A stretch of DNA of 63,387 nucleotides, filler included, from Folioceros fuciformis (lineage: Eukaryota), in assembly GCA_049999805.1 (NCBI GenBank). It is 24 parts of 24 records of this genome, joined end to end, with 100 filler letters (N's around TTAATTAATTAA, not from the genome) between each part and the next. Parts side by side here need not be neighbours in the genome. Positions count along the whole stretch, not along the records: positions 24,307 to 26,752 come from JBNGIO010005014.1; positions 26,853 to 28,415 come from JBNGIO010005015.1; positions 28,516 to 30,045 come from JBNGIO010005016.1; positions 30,146 to 31,898 come from JBNGIO010005017.1; positions 31,999 to 35,178 come from JBNGIO010005018.1; positions 35,279 to 40,012 come from JBNGIO010005019.1; 18 more parts are not named here. One strand, given 5' to 3'. A model generated the notes under the pieces. It worked only from the letters and a program-made list of their open reading frames with translations, had not been told where the DNA came from and made no database searches. The position numbers were made by a program, and so were the translations under genes. Positions 24,307 to 36,585 of this stretch are shown piece after piece; the first letter of the stretch is position 1; the number at the start of each line of letters is the position of its first letter.

Positions 24307-24680
24307 TTGTATCACCAATGCCGTGTTGAGAATGACCTGCAGCCTCACAAACACTCTCTCCAAGCTGTGCTCCAGAAACGTGATGTGATCATGCACCCCC
24401 TTGATCAATGGACGCACCTAGTCTAGAGAATCTGGATTCGCTCTAGTGCTTAGGTGTCCTAGTTGTTTGCAGCGTGCACAATAGAATGACTGTGGGTTAG
24501 GCTTGCGAGTAGGTGCTGGTGTAGGGCGGTGTGATCGAGGCTTCCCCCGACCTACATGACTAATCGAGCGCACAAGAGCCTCCCCTACATCTGACAGAAA
24601 ACGTGATGTGAGATCCCCGTTTTGCTCTGTTGCATGGCGCCTACTACAGTTGCCTCGGTGCGGCATGGTGGCTGAGTTTC
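24307..24680 (-). mobile_element. Retroelement gag fragment with partial zinc knuckle
   Basis: YCARCKQLGHL. Confidence 0.5.
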
Positions 24681-26589
24681 ATGTGGGCAGGGTTGCAAGA
24701 TTGCTTGGGTTCACAGAAAGTGGCTCTTTGTACTCACTTTAGGTAACCATTGTCAAGGATCATGTGATTTGTGTAACGGAACAACCAAATGTTTGCTTGT
24801 GGCATTGTCAGTTAGGACATATGCCTCAAAAAGGAATGAAGATCTTATCTCATTTTGATTACGTCCTTGCTTTTGACTTCTCCGATTTCTCTGTGTGTGA
24901 TTACTGTTTGTATGGGAAACAGACGAAATCACCACATGGAGCAAGAGGTAAACACAAAAGTAAACCTCTTGAATTGGTTCACAGTTACGCTTGTGGACGT
25001 ATGCCCACTGCATCCTATTTTGTCACTTTCATAGATGATTTCTCACGCAAGGTGTGGGTTTATCCTTTGAGGAAAAAGGACGATGTTCAAACAATGTTTC
25101 AGAAATTCGTCACCCTTGTGGAGAATCAGTCTAGCCTCTAACTCAAGTGTTTAAGGATAGACAATGGTGGAGAGTACGTTTCAAAGGCTTTGCAGTCATT
25201 CTGTAATTCCAAGGGAATAAAGAGAGAATTGACTGCCCTGTATAATCCTCCCCAGAATGGTGTGGCTGAATGGATGAACATGACCATCCAAGAGAGGATG
25301 TGTAGTTTGTTGTCAAACTCTAGATTGCCTAACGGATTTTGGGTAGAAGCAGTGTCTACTACGGTGCATCTTATTAACAAATCTCCTAATAAGGTTGTGG
25401 ATGAGCAGGTTTTAGAGGAGTTGTGGTATGGAAAGAAGCCGTCTCCGGATTGTAGGGAGCCCTCTTGTTACAAAGAGGCCATGTCAGTGACTGACAAGGA
25501 CAAGTGGGAGAAGGCGATGCAGTCGCAGATGGATTCGCACTGTAAGAACCAAACTTGAGAGTTGATTTGGTTGCCTAGGGATAAGAAGGCATTGCCATGC
25601 AAATGGGTGTATAAGATGAAGGTCAAACCTCGTGATGGCAAACCCAAGTACAAGGGTTAATTGGTTGCTAAGGGTTTAAAGCAATAGCAAGGTATTGACT
25701 TTGATGAGATTTTCTCACCAGTTGTCAAAATGACCACTTTGCGATGTGTTCTTGCTTTGGTTGCGAGGAATGACATGGAACTTGTCCAGATGGATGTGAA
25801 GTCGGCATTTCTGCATAGTGATCTCCAAGAAGAGGTATACATGCAGCAACCAGAGGGTTTCATTGAGAAGGGAAGAGAGAATCTGATGTGCAGGTTAAAG
25901 AAGAGTCTTTATGGCTTAAAACAGACACCCAAAGAGTGATATTACAAGTTCCACTCATTTATGCTTTCTCAAGGCTACAAACGTAGTGATGAGGATCATT
26001 GTCTCTATACAAAGCAAGCTAAGGATGGAAGCTTGCTCATTTTGGTCCTCTATGTGGATGATATGCTAATTGCTGGGAATAACAGTGATGAGATTTCAGC
26101 GTTGAAGACAAAGTTGAATGCTCGCTTTGACATGACAAACTTGGGAGAGGCCAGCCATATTCTTGGCATACTTATTCATGGAGACAGACATAAGCATTTG
26201 CTTTACTTGGCTCAGACTCAATACATTAACAGCGTCCTTCAAAGTTTCAACATGGAGAAGGGGAAAGTATTGAGTACTCCGCGCCTCCATATGTGAAACT
26301 TTCGAGCAAGGATTGCCCAAGCTCTGCGGAGGGCAAAGCTAAAATGGAGAAGGTTCCATACTCATCAGCTAGGAGTTTGATGTAGGCAATGATTGCTACA
26401 CATCCTAACATTGCTTTTGCAGTGGAAATGGTTAGCAAGTTTATGTCAAACCCTGGCAAGAAGCATTGGGAGGCAGTAAAAGGAGTTATGAGGTATTTAA
26501 ATGGTACAAAAGCTTTGTGCATACGTTTTGGTAGTGAGTTTGCAACTGTCGTTGGATATATGGATGTTGACTATGCGGGGGATGTGGAC
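24680..26589 (+). mobile_element. Family-A Copia INT-RT-RH with internal deletion of the integrase C-terminus
   Basis: LWHCQLGH, YFVTFIDDFSRK, RIDNGGEY and QNGVAE. WYGKKPS runs directly into EPSCYKEAM. LVLYVDD. Truncated by a TGTGAAC insertion at 26590. Confidence 0.95.
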
Positions 26590-26852
26590 TGTGAACAAAA
26601 AAAACTTTCGGAATCCCCATTTTGAGCGACGGAATGAGCAGGTTGTGATTCTTTTTGTGAAGGGACAGGCGAATCGACTTAGTAAGCGAGTAAGACCAGG
26701 GTGTTTATACCCAAAGTCCACCTTGGGCTTCGGGGTTTGGGGTGTACTGGAGNNNNNNNNNNNNNNNNNNNNNNNNNNNNNNNNNNNNNNNNNNNNTTAA
26801 TTAATTAANNNNNNNNNNNNNNNNNNNNNNNNNNNNNNNNNNNNNNNNNNNN

Positions 26853-28415
26853 ATATAGTCTTATAGCTTATATTCTAGTAAGGCTTCTAGCTCTTTTCTT
26901 TTAATAAAGATCCTAATAAACTTTCTTAGGTACTTATTTAGAATTTCTAAGAGTATACTTTTCTCTTTTTCTCTAATACTATAGCTATAGACCTTAGTAT
27001 TAGTAAAGGTAATATAGTTAGTCTTACTATCTATCTTAGTTAAAGTTATACTTATATTTATAATACTCTTCTTATTTACTATTAATTACTACTAATATAT
27101 AGGTATAGAGGTATACGTACTCTTTATATCCTTAAAAGAAATCTTTATTTCTTTCTAATTTATCTATAGATTATAATCTCTTAACTAAGGTATTCCTAGT
27201 ATAATATTATAGATAGCTATTTCTAAAATATCTAGGTAAACTTCCTTTAATTTCTATTCTAGAATAAGAGATATCTCTATATATATTTTATAAGTAATTA
27301 GTACTCTTTTCTTATCTACTATAATAGTATAGTAGGAGTTATACTTCTTTCGTAGAGTAAGGCCTACTTACTATATAAAATCTTCTATAATATAATTTAA
27401 CTCTATCTCTAAATCTACTAGTACTTAGATATAGTATTCTTAGACTTTTACTAAGAGCTTAATAAGCTCTTTAGTTCTAATATTATTAAGTTCTTAAGTA
27501 CTAACGCGTAGTTCTAATTATCTAACTTACTATCTAATTCTAGTCTTATTAGGCCTAATTCTTCTAGCTACTTAATTCGCTCTAAAAAAGTCTTCTTATT
27601 AAATCTATTCTTAACCTTCTAGTCTAAATATTTTATATATAACTAGTATATATATACTTACTAATTATTATTTTAGTAGTTTTTATTAACTATAATATAC
27701 TAATATACGTTATATTTAGATCTATATTCTAAGAAGTAGTCTATAACTCTCTTATTCTATAAGTACTATTTATACTTATTCTTATAGTAGTTATACTATT
27801 ACTATTTATATTTTCCTTTAGGTTTAGAAAAATAACTTATATTTTACTTAGCTTAGTAATAGGTCTTATAGTTATTATTATAGTAGAATCTCTAATATAT
27901 AAAGTTATATATTAGGTTCTAATAGTTATTATTATAATAAGGTTTTTTAGATTTCTTCTTTATTACTAGTTTATAGATTAGTAGTATATTAAGTTAACTT
28001 TATAGTAAGTATATTATAGCTTATTATAGCTTTTTCTCTTTTAGTTATTATACTACTTCTACCTCTTCTTAATTTAGTCGTTCTAAGTATTCTATAAAAG
28101 CAATATCTTAATTATCTATAATATATATATTTTATTATTCTAGCTTAATTTTTTAATTTTAATTCTTTCTACGTAGATTTTATTCTCTTTATTTTAGCTC
28201 TTTATATATTTCTTTCGCGTAATTACTTCTAGCCTAGAGTCCTCTCTATAGGTCTATAGTCTATATTTACTAGTATTTCTCTTTAAGGTTAAGACTTTTA
28301 TTATAGAATTTCTTCTTATTCTATATCGTCTTTATTTTAGTTTCTAGATATACTAGGTATTTATTCTCTTAACCTTCTTATATATTATAAGTATAGTATT
28401 ACCTATAGTATAGAT
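26853..28415 (-). mobile_element. RIP-mutated fungal Ty3/Gypsy gag-protease region
   Basis: Extremely AT-rich, almost no CA/TG dinucleotides, TA excess. Minus frame reads LVDLEIELNYI (from 27421) and, 72 codons later, IILGIP*LRDYNL*IN*K. These revert by C-to-T/G-to-A changes to LVDSGAE.NYI and IILGMPWLR.HNPQIDWK. Confidence 0.85.
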
Positions 28416-28523
28416 NNNNNNNNNNNNNNNNNNNNNNNNNNNNNNNNNNNNNNNNNNNNTTAATTAATTAANNNNNNNNNNNNNNNNNNNNNNNNNNNNN
28501 NNNNNNNNNNNNNNNAGACCTAA

Positions 28524-28742
28524 CCACCAAAGTAGGTGCTTGGAAAACAAGATGAGAAACCCATCTTCTCCAAAGAGACTTAAGCACCTACTTTTAGGAA
28601 AACAAGATGAGAAATCCGTCTATGTTATAGAGACTTAAGCACCAAAGTAGGTGCTTGGAAAACAAGATGAGAAACCTATCTTCTCGAAAGAGACTTAAGC
28701 ACAAAAGTCGATACTAGGAAACAAGATGAGAAATCCATCCAC
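28524..28742. repeat. Degenerate tandem repeat of about 55-60 bp
   Basis: GGAAAACAAGATGAGAAA four times and AGAGACTTAAGCAC three times. Confidence 0.8.
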
Positions 28743-29089
28743 ACAAAGGACGTGAGACAAATCATCAAAGCCAACCAGGCCACGAGGATGAGAAACTCAT
28801 CTACCTCGAAAGAGGAGAGACAAACCACCAAAGTTGATGGGGCCACCAAAGGCTACCCTCTAAAGCCATTGATCTTAAACTCTACAAACAACATCTACAA
28901 TATCATATACCCCGAAAGAGGTGAGACATTCACCAAAGTTGACTAGACCATCAGCTACCCTGAAAGAGGTGAGACATCTACCAAAGATATTTCTCATGGT
29001 TAAGACATCTAGGATCGAATAGAGGCTAGGATCACAAGATCACGACGATGAGCAGAAAGACAACATACTTATAAAAGAGCACATTCAGC

Positions 29090-30045
29090 ACACAGGTGTT
29101 GTCGGCATGTCCAAGTGTCAGGACACCGTTTGACCTAACCGACACAACCTGTACTGGTTGGCATGTGCCCGTTGGCACATGCTCGTTGACTGTTCATTAA
29201 TTAATTAAGTATGCACCTATTTAACAAAAGACCTAGGTTCCCCTAACTCTTCAACACTCCCTCTTAGGTGTACACGTCTAATTGTATGTAACAGTCTTCA
29301 CTTCTGTGCTACCTTTTGGTGATGTTGCTCTTGGTGTTCTTCACGATGTTTGTTCTTGCTCTCAGAAAATTCCTTAGGTGCTCAGCTCTAGGAGATTATG
29401 ACTCAGACTGATTTAATTCAAGCCTGCGATATATATATATATATATATATATCGCAGGCCTCCACACTATTTGAGCTCTATTTCAAGGCATGTGGCAGAT
29501 ATGGAGTAATATCGACCATACCTAGACTCTGTACATGGGACTCATGCTTTTCTCTGCTAAGTGGTTTTGTGAGCAAATCAGCATAGTTGGAATCTCTGGG
29601 CACATATGTGAGTGCAACCTCTTTTCGTATTATGGACTGCCTAACATAGTGCAGATGCAAATCAATATGCTCTGTGCGAGCATGATAGACTGGATTACTA
29701 GCTAGTAGGAGTGCATATTGAGTATCACAGAAGACTGGTGTGGGATCTGACTGCTCTTGAGCTATGTCAGCCAAGAGCCTTCGATTTGCTACAGTCTCCT
29801 TGCAGCTTTCTGCAGCAGCTCCATATTCAGCCTCAGTGGTTGATGTACTCACAAAAGATTGCTTCTTTGATTGCCAGGAAATTGCAGCACCAGCGAGCAT
29901 GAAGCAGTAAGCTGAAACAAATTTACGTGTGTCTGGATCTCCTCCCCAGTCAGCATCTGTGTACCCTTGAAGAAACAGCTTCTTTATTGATGAGTTCTTG
30001 CGATAGCAAAGTCCATAGTTTCTCGTTCCCTTGAGATACCTCATA
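29090..30045 (-). mobile_element. Copia RNase H, PPT and 3' LTR
   Basis: GYTDADWGGD, STTEAEY and ADLLTKPL (29478-30044). PPT AAGAGGGAG plus TGTTGAAG at 29256. Left boundary approximate. Confidence 0.92.
29422..29459. repeat. Perfect palindrome GCCTGCG-(AT)12-CGCAGGC
   Basis: Read directly from the sequence. Confidence 0.95.
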
Positions 30046-30145
30046 NNNNNNNNNNNNNNNNNNNNNNNNNNNNNNNNNNNNNNNNNNNNTTAATTAATTA
30101 ANNNNNNNNNNNNNNNNNNNNNNNNNNNNNNNNNNNNNNNNNNNN

Positions 30146-31898
30146 TGTGTGGTAGATAGGACACGGGCTCTGGTTCCTCGGGGTAAGGTAACGGAGGAAT
30201 AGGAAACCTGGGACGTCGCGGAAAGCGAGCTGGGGGTCCTCTGGCTGTCGCTGGTGGAAGTTGGGGACAGAGATGGAGGTGTCGGGACGCTGCCTTGGTG
30301 CGTCGGGTGGATAGGGATCACCAGAGCACAGGTGGCCAAATTAGCAGACCGGCGGGATAGGGCGGTGGCCTAGATCTGGCCGGATTCAGAAGGCAGGAGC
30401 CAAGTTGCGGCCCCAAGTTGCAGCCTCTGGGCAAGTGGCTGGTAGTAGGCTGGCAGGAGGGTGGGCTGGCAGATCTAGCCGACCAGGAGGCCAGATCGAC
30501 AGACAGTCCTTGGGGGTCAGCCAGGGGCGGCGCTAGATCCGGCCGTGATGGCTGGCCGATCCTAGAGCCAAGCGAGGGCCTGGCCAGCAGGGGAGGCCCC
30601 AGTTGGGGGCAGGCCGCTCCAACGGGTTGTGGCAGGCCGGAGCGGATCAAGCATGACGGCTGGCCATGTCGGGCTGCGAGCAGGTAGGCTGCCCGACTTG
30701 CAGGAGCTGGCCGGGGTGGACCCGAGCCAGGCAGCAGAGGCTGAGCCGGCCATTAGTGGCCAGCCAGCCGATCAGGCTGCAGGTGGGCAGTCTGACAGCC
30801 CTGCATGGCAGGCAGCCTGGCTTGTCGATGAGCAGGCTGGTTGCTGGCGGATCCGGGAAGCCTTGATGATTGGCTAGCCGGGCTGACGGTAGCGGATCGG
30901 GGCTGAATCCTGGCCGGCGTGGTTAAGGCTGACGGCTGGCAGTAGGGAGCCTGTTCGGATCGGCAAGCCAGGCTGCAGGTAGGCGTTGCTAGGAGCAGAC
31001 CCAGGCAGGCTGCGGGCTAGATCCAGTAGGCTGGAACGGATCAGGTAGGGCGTGCGCCGCTGGAGACTGGCCAAGCGAGGTGTAGGAGGCCTGGCTAGGT
31101 GGACAGCTAATCAATGGTAGGGTCTCAAGCGGGTTGCCTACGAAATCCAGGCAAGTAAGCGGAGCCAGGACGTGCAGAATCGGGCTCGACGGGATTGACG
31201 CAAGCAGGAGGCAAGCTGGGGCGGGCAGCGTTCAGGCGGATCAGAGGTGGGCGCTGGCACCCAGGCAAGCGGCGCCCCAAGCAAGCGGGTGCCAGGATGA
31301 GTCTAGTAGGCTGGATCATGGGGTTGGTTGGCCGGATCTGGCCAGGCATCCAACAGGCGGGGCACAGGCGGCCTCTGGGCAAGCGGCCCGGCTGCTAGGC
31401 TAGCTAGTCTGGCCGGGTGGCTCGGAAGGCTGGAGGTAGGCAGCAGGGGCCGGGTCGGGGAGCCGGCAGGCGGCTCAGCGACTGCCGGATCTGGAAGGTG
31501 TCAGGCGGCCAACGCCGGATCGTCGTGACGGGCTGCTCGGATCCAGGCAGGCTGGCAATCATAGCAGTGAGGTAGGCAGGCGGCCTGGCTGCTGGCAGGC
31601 CGCATGGCCAGACCCAGGTCGGGGGCTGGGCCGGATCGGACAGGTTGCCTAGCAGGCAGTCGTGTAGGCTAGGCGGGCGGTGGCGGAGCACAAGTAGCAG
31701 CTTGATGGGGGGTTCGCTAGAGCTAGATGGGCGGTTTGGCTGGTCATAGGTGAGAGCAGGTGCCGGATCGGCGGCTACTGTGGAGCTGGTTGTCGGTGGC
31801 CGATCCAGGTCGGTGTAGGCCGCGAACGGGCAGCTAGCAGGGGGATCGACTGCAACTGGGGACTAGGCCGCACCAAGCAGGCCGGCTTGGAATCGACT
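30146..31898. repeat. GC-rich, G-skewed degenerate low-complexity contig
   Basis: Recurrent GGCAGGC, GGCTGGC and GGATC words. No recognisable domain in any frame. Confidence 0.6.
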
Positions 31899-32380
31899 NN
31901 NNNNNNNNNNNNNNNNNNNNNNNNNNNNNNNNNNNNNNNNNNTTAATTAATTAANNNNNNNNNNNNNNNNNNNNNNNNNNNNNNNNNNNNNNNNNNNNGG
32001 CGCGGCACATGTGTGTGTGATCTGGAGCGGTGCTTGTCATGCTTGGGTCGCGGTGTGTGCGTGCCATCCTGTAGCGGGTCGGTGCAACTGAAACGAAACG
32101 AAAGGCACTTAAGTTGGAATAACGTTTCGGAACTCAAGTTGGAGTTTCGTTTCGAGTTTCTAGTTGGGGTTTCGTTTCGGTGCTTAAGTTGGAATAACGG
32201 TTCGTAGTTTTTAGGGCTCAGTTCTAGCATATTCTTTTTAATATCTTTTAGGCCTTTTTTTATTGTTTTAAGTGTAGTTTCTTTCTATGCTTATAAACTC
32301 ATAATGGGCTTACAATCTGTTTCCCTTGTGCTTGTAACTTTCAGCATCTTTTCTATTGTTTTTATTTCTTTCCCTTTTGG

Positions 32381-35178
32381 ATGGAAGTAGATGACATAGA
32401 CGCTGATAGTGAATCAGATGTTAACACTCTCTCTGAGTCTTTATCTCGTTTAGTGTTGTCTTCTGGTCCCATAAATCCATTATTGGTGCAAGCACAAACA
32501 CCTCAGATTTTCCCAATCATGGCTAGTTCTGCTCTTTCCATCCCTGTTCCTTCAGTCGTTTCTTCTGGCTATGGGGGTGAATTTAAAGAGAAAGACCGTT
32601 TTGATGGGAAACATGCTAGGTATGAAGGTTGGCGAGCTCGTATGAAGGCACATCTGGATGCGCGTGATGTGTGGGAGTATGTTGACGGTACTCTACCCGA
32701 TCCTCGCAAGACTCCAGTTACTACTCCCAACCAACCAACTGCTGATGAGATTGCCAAGTGGAAGAAAGGGAACAAGACAGCCTTTGCTATTCTCCTCTCC
32801 GGCCTGGATGAACCTATGGTGACCGAGGTAGAGTACTTGGAATTTGCAGCAGCAGTGTGGAATCAGCTTAAGGAGACATATAAGGTGCAGAATATTCTTA
32901 CTTTGGTAGCTGCTCGGAATGAGTTTCATTCCTTACCTATGAAGGAGGGTGATTCAGTCGCTGCTCATATCAGCCGTTTCAGGCTTCTGCGGGCACAACT
33001 TACTTCTCTGGGGAGTGTTTTGACCGAGAATGAGGCTGTTGCGCAGCTCCTTTCAAGTCTTCCTTCCTCCTACCAAAGTTTTGTTTCAACACAAAATGCA
33101 GCCTTACGATCTTCAGTAGCTGCTGTTTCTGCTGGCCAGGTGCAAACTCTTACATTCAGTGAGCTTGTTGGTGCACTTTTTCAAGAAGAGCAGTCCCGCC
33201 ATCGGAGTGGGGGACAACCACAGAGAGCTAGGAGTTAGAAGGTGTTGTTCGCTGCTAGAGGAAAACCATTCGTGAAGAACAAAGGGAAGAAGGTTCCTGC
33301 CAATCCGGGAGCCCCCTCCACTAAGGGACAAGGCAATTGTCATTGGTGTCAACTTCCTGGTCATTGGGAGAGGGACTGTCGTAAGAAGAAAGCTGGGGAG
33401 CCAAAGAAGGAGGTTCGGTTGGAAGCTCATGTTGCTGCAAAGGACAAGGGCTCAGCAACCTCTTCTCGTAAGAGCATCTCCACAGTTCTTACAGTTTGCC
33501 TCACCTCTACTAGGAATGTTTCTTCTGCTTGGTATATTGATTCTGGGGCTACTTCTCATGTCTGCAACAATAGAAGTCTTTTCACTACTTATACACCACA
33601 TACATCACCGCAGTTAGTTTATGTGGAGGATGCGAGAGGTGTAGATGTCAAGGGGGTTGGTACTGTTACCATACCATTGATAGGTGGTGAGGACATATTG
33701 TTAGAAGAGGTTTTGTACGTACCTGCTATGTCTAAGAACCTTCTTTCTGTAAGAGCCGCCACTAGGTTAGGTTGTTATGGCTTTACTTTTCAACAAAGTA
33801 GTTGTTGCATGTTCAACCTAACTAACCCTGGTCATTGCATAGCACGTGGAGAGTTAGTAGATGAGTTGTACCAATTGCATGTTAACTCGTCAACTCCTCT
33901 TGTGTATGCCTTGTCTTCTTCGTCGGAGGCGAAACTTTGGCATGCTAGGCTTGGGCATGTTAATAAGGAGAAGCTGAACTTGATGGCTTCTGTCAATTGC
34001 TTCCGAGAAAGGTTACCTTCGTGTTTTAAGAATCTTCCAGTTTGTAGTTCATGTGTGATGTCCAAGCAAAAGAAGCTACCATTCAAGAACAAACAGGAGC
34101 AAAGAGCTCAAGTTGTTTTGGAGCTGATACATGCTGACATTGTTGGAAAAATCCAGGTCAAGTCTTTGGGTGGAGCAGAATATTATCTCACTTTGACAGA
34201 TGATTTTTCTCGGTATACTTGGGTGTTTCCTCTTTGACTAAAAAGTGATGTGTTTGGCTGTATTGAGTCTTGGATTTCCATGGTTCAGCGCCAAACAGGA
34301 CAACTTGTGAAGTGTTTCCGTACTGATCATGGTGGAGAATTTTCTGGTCATTTGTATGATGACCTATTTAATTCTCTAGGTATTGTGAGACAATTTTCAG
34401 TTCCATATACTCAGCAGCAAAATGGTGTTGCAGAAAGGAAAAATCAAACTCTCATGGGCATGACACGAAGTATGTTGAGTTGGGCTGGCTTACCTAAGAA
34501 GTTTTGGGCAGAAGCTATTTCAACTGCAGCATATATCCTAAATCGTGTGCTTACATGAGCTGTATTGGGCAAGACTCCCTATGAGGTGTTTTGGAAGAAG
34601 AAGCCAAGTCTTCTTCATTTGAGAGTGTTTGGCTCCTTAGCTTATGCATATGTTCCTAACAAGCGACGTCGTAAGCTTGACAATCGTGCTAAGCCATATA
34701 TATTTTTGGGATATTCCGAGACTTCCAAGGCATATAGGCTGTTTGATTCTCTTACCCATGAAGTTTGTGTTGGCATGGAGTGTTGTTTTTGTGGAGCCAA
34801 GTACACCTAGGACTAGTCTTGTTACTGATCAGTTGGATTCAGTGGGGGTAGCTAATGCTTCAGCTGAAATAGATGGTTCTCCTTCTAGTTCTTCTAATGC
34901 TGAGCAACAGGATGATATTTCTTATGTACCACCTGCTGAGTATCCAGGGTCAGATGGTGAAGAGGGTATCGAATTACCTTTGTTAGATGTTGCTCCTCTT
35001 GATGATGGACATGACGTGCCTGGACTTGTTGATTTGGGTGTAGATTCTCCTAGTGAAGGTGCTTCTGACGCTTCTGGTGATGGTGTTTTTGATAATCAGG
35101 ATGATCATGTAGTTGATGCAGCTCCAACTGCTGAGAAGCCTACTCCTTTAGCTGCTGAGCCTAGGTATCCTTCTCGTG
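32381..35178 (+). mobile_element. Copia gag-protease-integrase
   Basis: EFKEKDRFDG, CHWCQLPGHWERDC, WYIDSGAT, LWHARLGH, FRTDHGGEF and QQNGVAER. A few stops. Confidence 0.97.
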
Positions 35179-35278
35179 NNNNNNNNNNNNNNNNNNNNNN
35201 NNNNNNNNNNNNNNNNNNNNNNTTAATTAATTAANNNNNNNNNNNNNNNNNNNNNNNNNNNNNNNNNNNNNNNNNNNN

Positions 35279-35860
35279 ATACCACTATTAACCCTTTTTC
35301 AACCAAAACAAACTACTACCCCAAAGTTTGGAGGTTCACAACTTGCCCCTTGCCTTGTGGGCTTTACTTTGGCTTGCCCCTTCAAGATGCTCCTTTGTCT
35401 TTATCTAGAAGATGTTTCCTAGTCCTTCTCTAGAAAACTCATTTTTAAGGCACCTTTCATATAGACTAGTTTAGGGCACTCTTCATGAACTTATTTTGAT
35501 ATGTTGTAATAAACCACTTCTACCAATTCCTTGTATCTATGCCCATCTTTTCTCTTCAGCTCAACCGCTCTCGACTCTCCCACACTTACCACCCCAAGAA
35601 TTAGGTGGTTCGTACTCACATCCAGCGTATTGTTTGGTTTGTGTTGTAGGTACAGAAAGTCGCCTGCCTCGAATTTTTGTGCCTTGGGTTTCCAAGATCC
35701 ACCCCTTGCGAAAGCATACCTCAGCTGATCTCCATGTTGCACTTTGGCCATATTATTCATGGCGATCGACATGACCCTGTGGAACAAGTTGGCCCAATTT
35801 GTGAGCTCTTAAAGACATTCTTGAGGATTTTGACTCCAATCATCTGGTATAGGACCTAGG
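35279..35860 (-). mobile_element. Probable Gypsy integrase C-terminus, purine tract and LTR start (TGTGAACC family)
   Basis: RYAFARGGSWKPKAQKFEAGDFLYL. Minus strand AAGGCAAGGGGCAAGT followed by TGTGAACC at 35340. Confidence 0.65.
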
Positions 35861-35879
35861 AACTCTGAGTAGTCTCCTA

Positions 35880-36585
35880 GGCCTAGTCTCTTTACGTGCT
35901 TTTCACGTAGCTCTCTTCCAAGAGCTTAAGTCAATATATCTAGAGGGTTGTCCTGTGTAGCAACGTACTCAAGGATGATTTTTCTTAACTTGATAAGGTC
36001 ACAGATGAAATGATATTCAACCTCGATATGCTTGGTTCTAGCATGGAATACAGGGTTCTGTGCCAGGCCATAGCTCCTTGATCGTTTTTTCTGATAATTG
36101 TACAGGTAGGTAAGGGTATCCCCACCTTGTTGAACAGTAGTTTGCACTAGATAATTTCCTTTGCAGCTGAGGTAAGCACTCTATACTCAGCTTCAGTGCT
36201 TGAAAGGGCTACAATTGGTTGCTTTTTACTCATCCAGCAGATAGGACCACTTGCTATGCTAACCACATACCTTGAGACTGACTTCCTACTATCCACATTT
36301 CCAACATACTCTGAATCGATGTAAACCTCGAGATCAAGTGGTTGTCCAAGTGTGTAGCAATATCTAATCCCTCTATGTGGTGTTCCTTTAAGGTACCTGA
36401 ATACTCGTTTCACACAAATCCAATGCTCTAAGCCTAGATTCTCCAAGTAATGTAAGAGTGCACTGGTTGCATAAGTCACTGCCAAACGAGTTGTGTTTGC
36501 CGCATAAATGAGCTTATCAATTCCTTGTCTATAGGGCACTGAAGCCATTCTTTCTTTTTCTGCAAGTGTCTTAGGTGACATGCAC
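35880..36585 (-). mobile_element. Copia RT end and RNase H
   Basis: VPYRQGI, YIDSEYVG, LSSTEAEY and HARTKHIEV. Confidence 0.92.

Noticed and set aside
29197-29208. Possible hidden contig join (TTAATTAATTAA)
   Set aside because: No flanking N runs; it sits in AT-rich LTR sequence and is likely coincidental.
30318-31691. Many overlapping Pro/Ala/Gly/Arg-rich ORFs
   Set aside because: Expected from high GC content and few stop codons; no domain signal.
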